Below are positions 60,640 to 64,000 of a stretch of DNA of 64,000 bases, in pieces (positions within the stretch are counted from its first letter, which is position 1; each line of letters starts with the position of its first letter). A model generated the notes under the pieces. It searched no databases and was not told the DNA's origin. It worked only from the letters and a program-made list of their open reading frames with translations. The DNA comes from the human T2T-CHM13v2.0 reference genome, Homo sapiens: assembly GCF_009914755.1 (NCBI RefSeq), contig NC_060925.1; one strand, 5' to 3'. The translations under genes were made by a program, and so were the position numbers.

Positions 60640-62475
60640 AGATGAAAAATACACATTTGCTTACTTGAGGAAGACACAGCTGAAGATTGGTGAGAATAAT
60701 TTGGATAGAATTGTTAACAAAACTAAAAATAATGACAGATACCAAATCACAGATCTAAGAAGCTCAGAGCACACAAAAAGATTATATATATGTTTAAAAC
60801 CACTCTATATTCAAACTGCTAAAAAAAAAAAAAGACAGAAAATCTTCAAGGCAACCAAAGAAAAAAGACATTATCTAAAGAAGAACAAAGAGAAGAATTA
60901 CAAGGGACCTTGTCTGAAAACATGAAAACCACAGGACAATGGAGCAACATCTTTAAAGCACTTAAAGAAAAGGAAAAAATCTCCCAACTCAGAATTCTTT
61001 TTAATATTTTATTTTTAATTGATATATAATAATCGTGCATATTTATGGGGTACATGGTGATGTCTGGATATATATAATATATAGTGACCAGATATATGTA
61101 ATTACCATATCCATCATCTCAAACATTCATTATTTCTTTTTGTTGGGAACATTCAACATCCTCTCTCTAGCCATTTGAAGCTATGTATTATTAACTATAG
61201 TCATCCTACAACGGTATAAAATACTGGAATTTGAAAGCCACAATTCTATATGCAGGAACCTGTATATTTCAAAAATAAAGGAGAAATAAAGATTTTTCTC
61301 AGACAAAAACTGAGAAAATTCACTGCCATCAAACCCGCACTACAAAAAAGTTTTTTTAAGTTTCTAAAGCAGATGATACCAAGTAAAAAAATTTGGATTC
61401 ACACAAAGAAGTCGTGTCAGAAACAAGTTAAATTAAGATACAAATAAATTTTATTTTCCATATTTTTATTTCTCCAAAAATAACATTTAAAGCAATAATA
61501 GTAGCAATGTGCTGTGTTTCTATAAAATACAAAAAAGCAAAATGTATGAAAAAACACAATGCATGGGAGAGAGAAATTGGGAATACACTATTGTAACATC
61601 CTCAACTACACATGAAGCAGCACAACCATATTTGAAGACAGATGCTGCTAAATTAAAGATGTAGATTATAAACCCTATGGCAAATACTGAAAATACTTTA
61701 AAGAGAAATATAAATAATACTTTATTTTATTTTAAATGCAATCATAAAGTATCATAAAGAATGTTCACTTAACCCCAAAAAAGCCAAAAAGAAAAAAATG
61801 TATTTTTATAAAAACCTAGCAGCTGGGCACAGTAGCTCACGCCTGTAATCCCAGCACTTTGGGAGGCCGAGGCGGGTGGATCACGAGGTCAAGAGATCGA
61901 GACCATCCTGGCCAACATGGTGAAACCCCGTCTCTACTAAAAACACAAAAAAATAGCCGGGCGTGGTGGCGGGCTCCTGTAGCCCCAGCTACTCGGGAGG
62001 CTGAGGCAGGAGAATGGTGTGAACCCAGGAAAAAAAAAAAAAAAAAACCTAGCAAGTTGGTATATCTAATCACAAAATAATTATACTAAATATGAATAGT
62101 CTAAAAACACCAATCAAAAGATTATTGTGTTGTATGTTTTTACAGAAAGCATGACTTAACTGTATGCTGTCTATAAGAAACTCACTTAAACTATAAAGAT
62201 ATAGATGGGCTAAAGTCAAAAGATAGAAAAAGACATACCATGCAAAGTCTAATCAAATAAAGCTGAAATATAAGAAAAAAATAGACCTCAGGGGAAGGAA
62301 TATTATTAGAGGTAAAGAATGATATTACATAATAATGGAATTGTTTCCCTAAGAACATATATTAATTCTAAATGTATATGCACCTAACAACAGAGTATCA
62401 AAATACATAAAGCAAAAACTGACATAACCGAAAGTAGAAATAGAGAAATCCACATTTATAGTTGGAGAGTTCATA
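60640..62475 (+). mobile_element. Old L1M ORF1-ORF2 start, containing an antisense L1MA 3' end (~60997-61232) and an Alu
   Basis: ttcaaaaataaaggagaaataaagatttttctcagacaaaaactgag; tatgctgtctataagaaactcac; atagttggagagttca. Confidence 0.8.
61821..62047 (+). mobile_element. AluSc/Y-like element missing the last ~70 bp of the right arm
   Basis: gaacccagg joined directly to polyA; TSD aaaaacctagc. Confidence 0.93.
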
Positions 62476-62477
62476 CA

Positions 62478-62812
62478 CCAATAGGCAAATATCCAGAAGC
62501 TGTTTTTACTTGGCAAGGCTGTAAGTACACCTTCACTACCTAGACTCAGACTTCTGTTTGCCCTCTACTGAGACTTGGTTTGGTACTTAGGGATCTTAAC
62601 ATTTTATTACATCAGTGGTATCATAAAACCTGGAAAATAAAAAGTAGCAGGAACCTAAAATACCCTAGTAAATCACATGCCAAAAGGTGTGAGATAATTT
62701 TCTAAAAATTTAGGAGCTTACATGCCCAGTAAAATTGTAGTATTTAAGTAGTCAAGCACATGTTAGGATTTCCCCTCCAAAGTACAAGTCATGTTGCTGT
62801 TCCTTGCACCAA
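62478..62812 (+). mobile_element. ERV-L reverse transcriptase relic
   Basis: FTWQGCKYTFT (62505-), YYISGII (~YIDDI), C*DFPSKVQVMLLFLAP. Confidence 0.8.
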
Positions 62813-62824
62813 CACACTGAACAG

Positions 62825-62995
62825 GACAGTACTGGCTAAGTGTGTGAGCACCAAAGTCAGAATACATGGATTTAAGTCTTGGCCCCACTCCTACTAGCTG
62901 TGTGTCTTTGAGCTAATTCTTCACCTCTCTGTGCCTCAGCTTCCTCACTGTAAAATGGTACTTGTAATGGTAAGTTTAATGACATCTACCTTGTG
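62825..62995 (+). mobile_element. MIR
   Basis: actagctgtgtgtctttgagc..acctctctgtgcctcagcttcctca. Confidence 0.85.
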
Positions 62996-63212
62996 TTTTC
63001 TTTACATGTGTTTTATTATCAAACTCCAGTATACTCTAAGATACTACTTCCTTGAAGAAAGAGTGGGGTACCTTAACTTTTATGGAACCAAATTATAAAA
63101 AGTAGGAATTTTGTACTTGACAAATATACATAACCAAAAGCATCTCATTATTTGAAAAGAATAGGAGTGAGACTAAACTTTTTAAAAAGACTGAAACAAC
63201 TAACTCTTAGAA

Positions 63213-64000
63213 CAGCAGTTCTTGAAGTGTGGTCCACAAACAGCTGGTGATCCCCACAATTCTTCAGGAGGCTTGTGATGTTGAAACTATTTTATAATAA
63301 GATAAAAGACATTATTTACCTTTTCCACTGTACTGGCCTCTGTACTGATAGTACAAAAGCGATGGTGGGTAAAACTGCTGGTATGTTTGCAGGAATCAAG
63401 ATCACAGCACCAAGGTGAATTGGCAGTCATTGTATTCTTCACTCCTATGCATGAAAAGAAAAAGAAAGTTGTTTCCCTCACAAACATCCATAAAGAAGCA
63501 ATAAAAATTGTTCATTTGATTCGTTCATGAGTATGTCTTTCTAATACCCAGTGTGATGAAATGAAAACCACACATAAAGTACAGCTATGTACTGAAGTTC
63601 CATAGTTGTCTCAACAAAAAGCACCATAGCAATTGCTGGAGCTGTGAGCTGATCTAGTCACTTTTCTCCTTGAATACTGTTTTGATTTGAAAGAACAGCT
63701 GACAGACAACACAAGAACCATGGTTTTTCAGACTTGGATATTTGACAGACATTTTCTTGAAAATAAGCAAAGTGAGCCAGGGACTTCAAGGAAAACAACT
63801 GACAGTATTTGTTGCCAGTGATAAAATTAAAGTCGTCGACTAAAAATTAGAATTTTATAAAACTTATTTCCATGATCATGAGCATGACAGTTTCCAAATA
63901 CTTGAAAAGAAAAAAAAATGTCTTTTTTGAGACTAGTGAGATATAACATATTTGGAAGATCTGCATAGTTGAGTGAACTACTGTTTCCCAATCTACCAAT
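63213..64000 (+). mobile_element. Charlie1-type hAT transposon (runs off the window)
   Basis: cagcagttcttgaagtgtggtcc TIR; CTDSTKAMVGKTAG and SHCILH transposase motifs. Confidence 0.88.

Overview
Primate (hominoid-type, probably human) non-coding genomic DNA; the chromosome and locus cannot be identified from the sequence alone. More than half of the window is interspersed repeats: about 20 Alus (J, S and Y-like), L1PA/PB/MA/MB/MD/ME, L2, MIR, ERVL/MaLR LTRs, ERV-L pol relics, hAT-Charlie DNA transposons and microsatellites. No intact protein-coding gene, RNA gene or CRISPR array is supported, and nearly all ORFs in the supplied track are repeat artefacts. The main result is a heavily decayed, intron-containing classical calpain gene on the minus strand (~21,400 to ~2,120), hidden in the repeat-free islands. 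About 16 exon relics lie in the order CysPc (GTL-FVD..ELGP, GDCWF, LP..W..LE, EAL.FT, IRL..DPWG, W..V..EQ) - C2-like - penta-EF-hand, several with calpain-like lengths and splice phases, and an L1MA and an Alu are inserted into coding exons. It looks like an ancient non-processed (possibly unitary) pseudogene. Alignments were done by eye against recalled calpain sequences and need confirming by tBLASTn/HMM. Secondary observations: an ERV-L relic with RT inverted relative to integrase/dUTPase, a 182-bp local duplication, several fold-back/palindromic mutation scars, rearranged L1/Alu insertions and candidate plus-strand microexons. Repeat subfamily calls are from recalled consensus motifs and are approximate.
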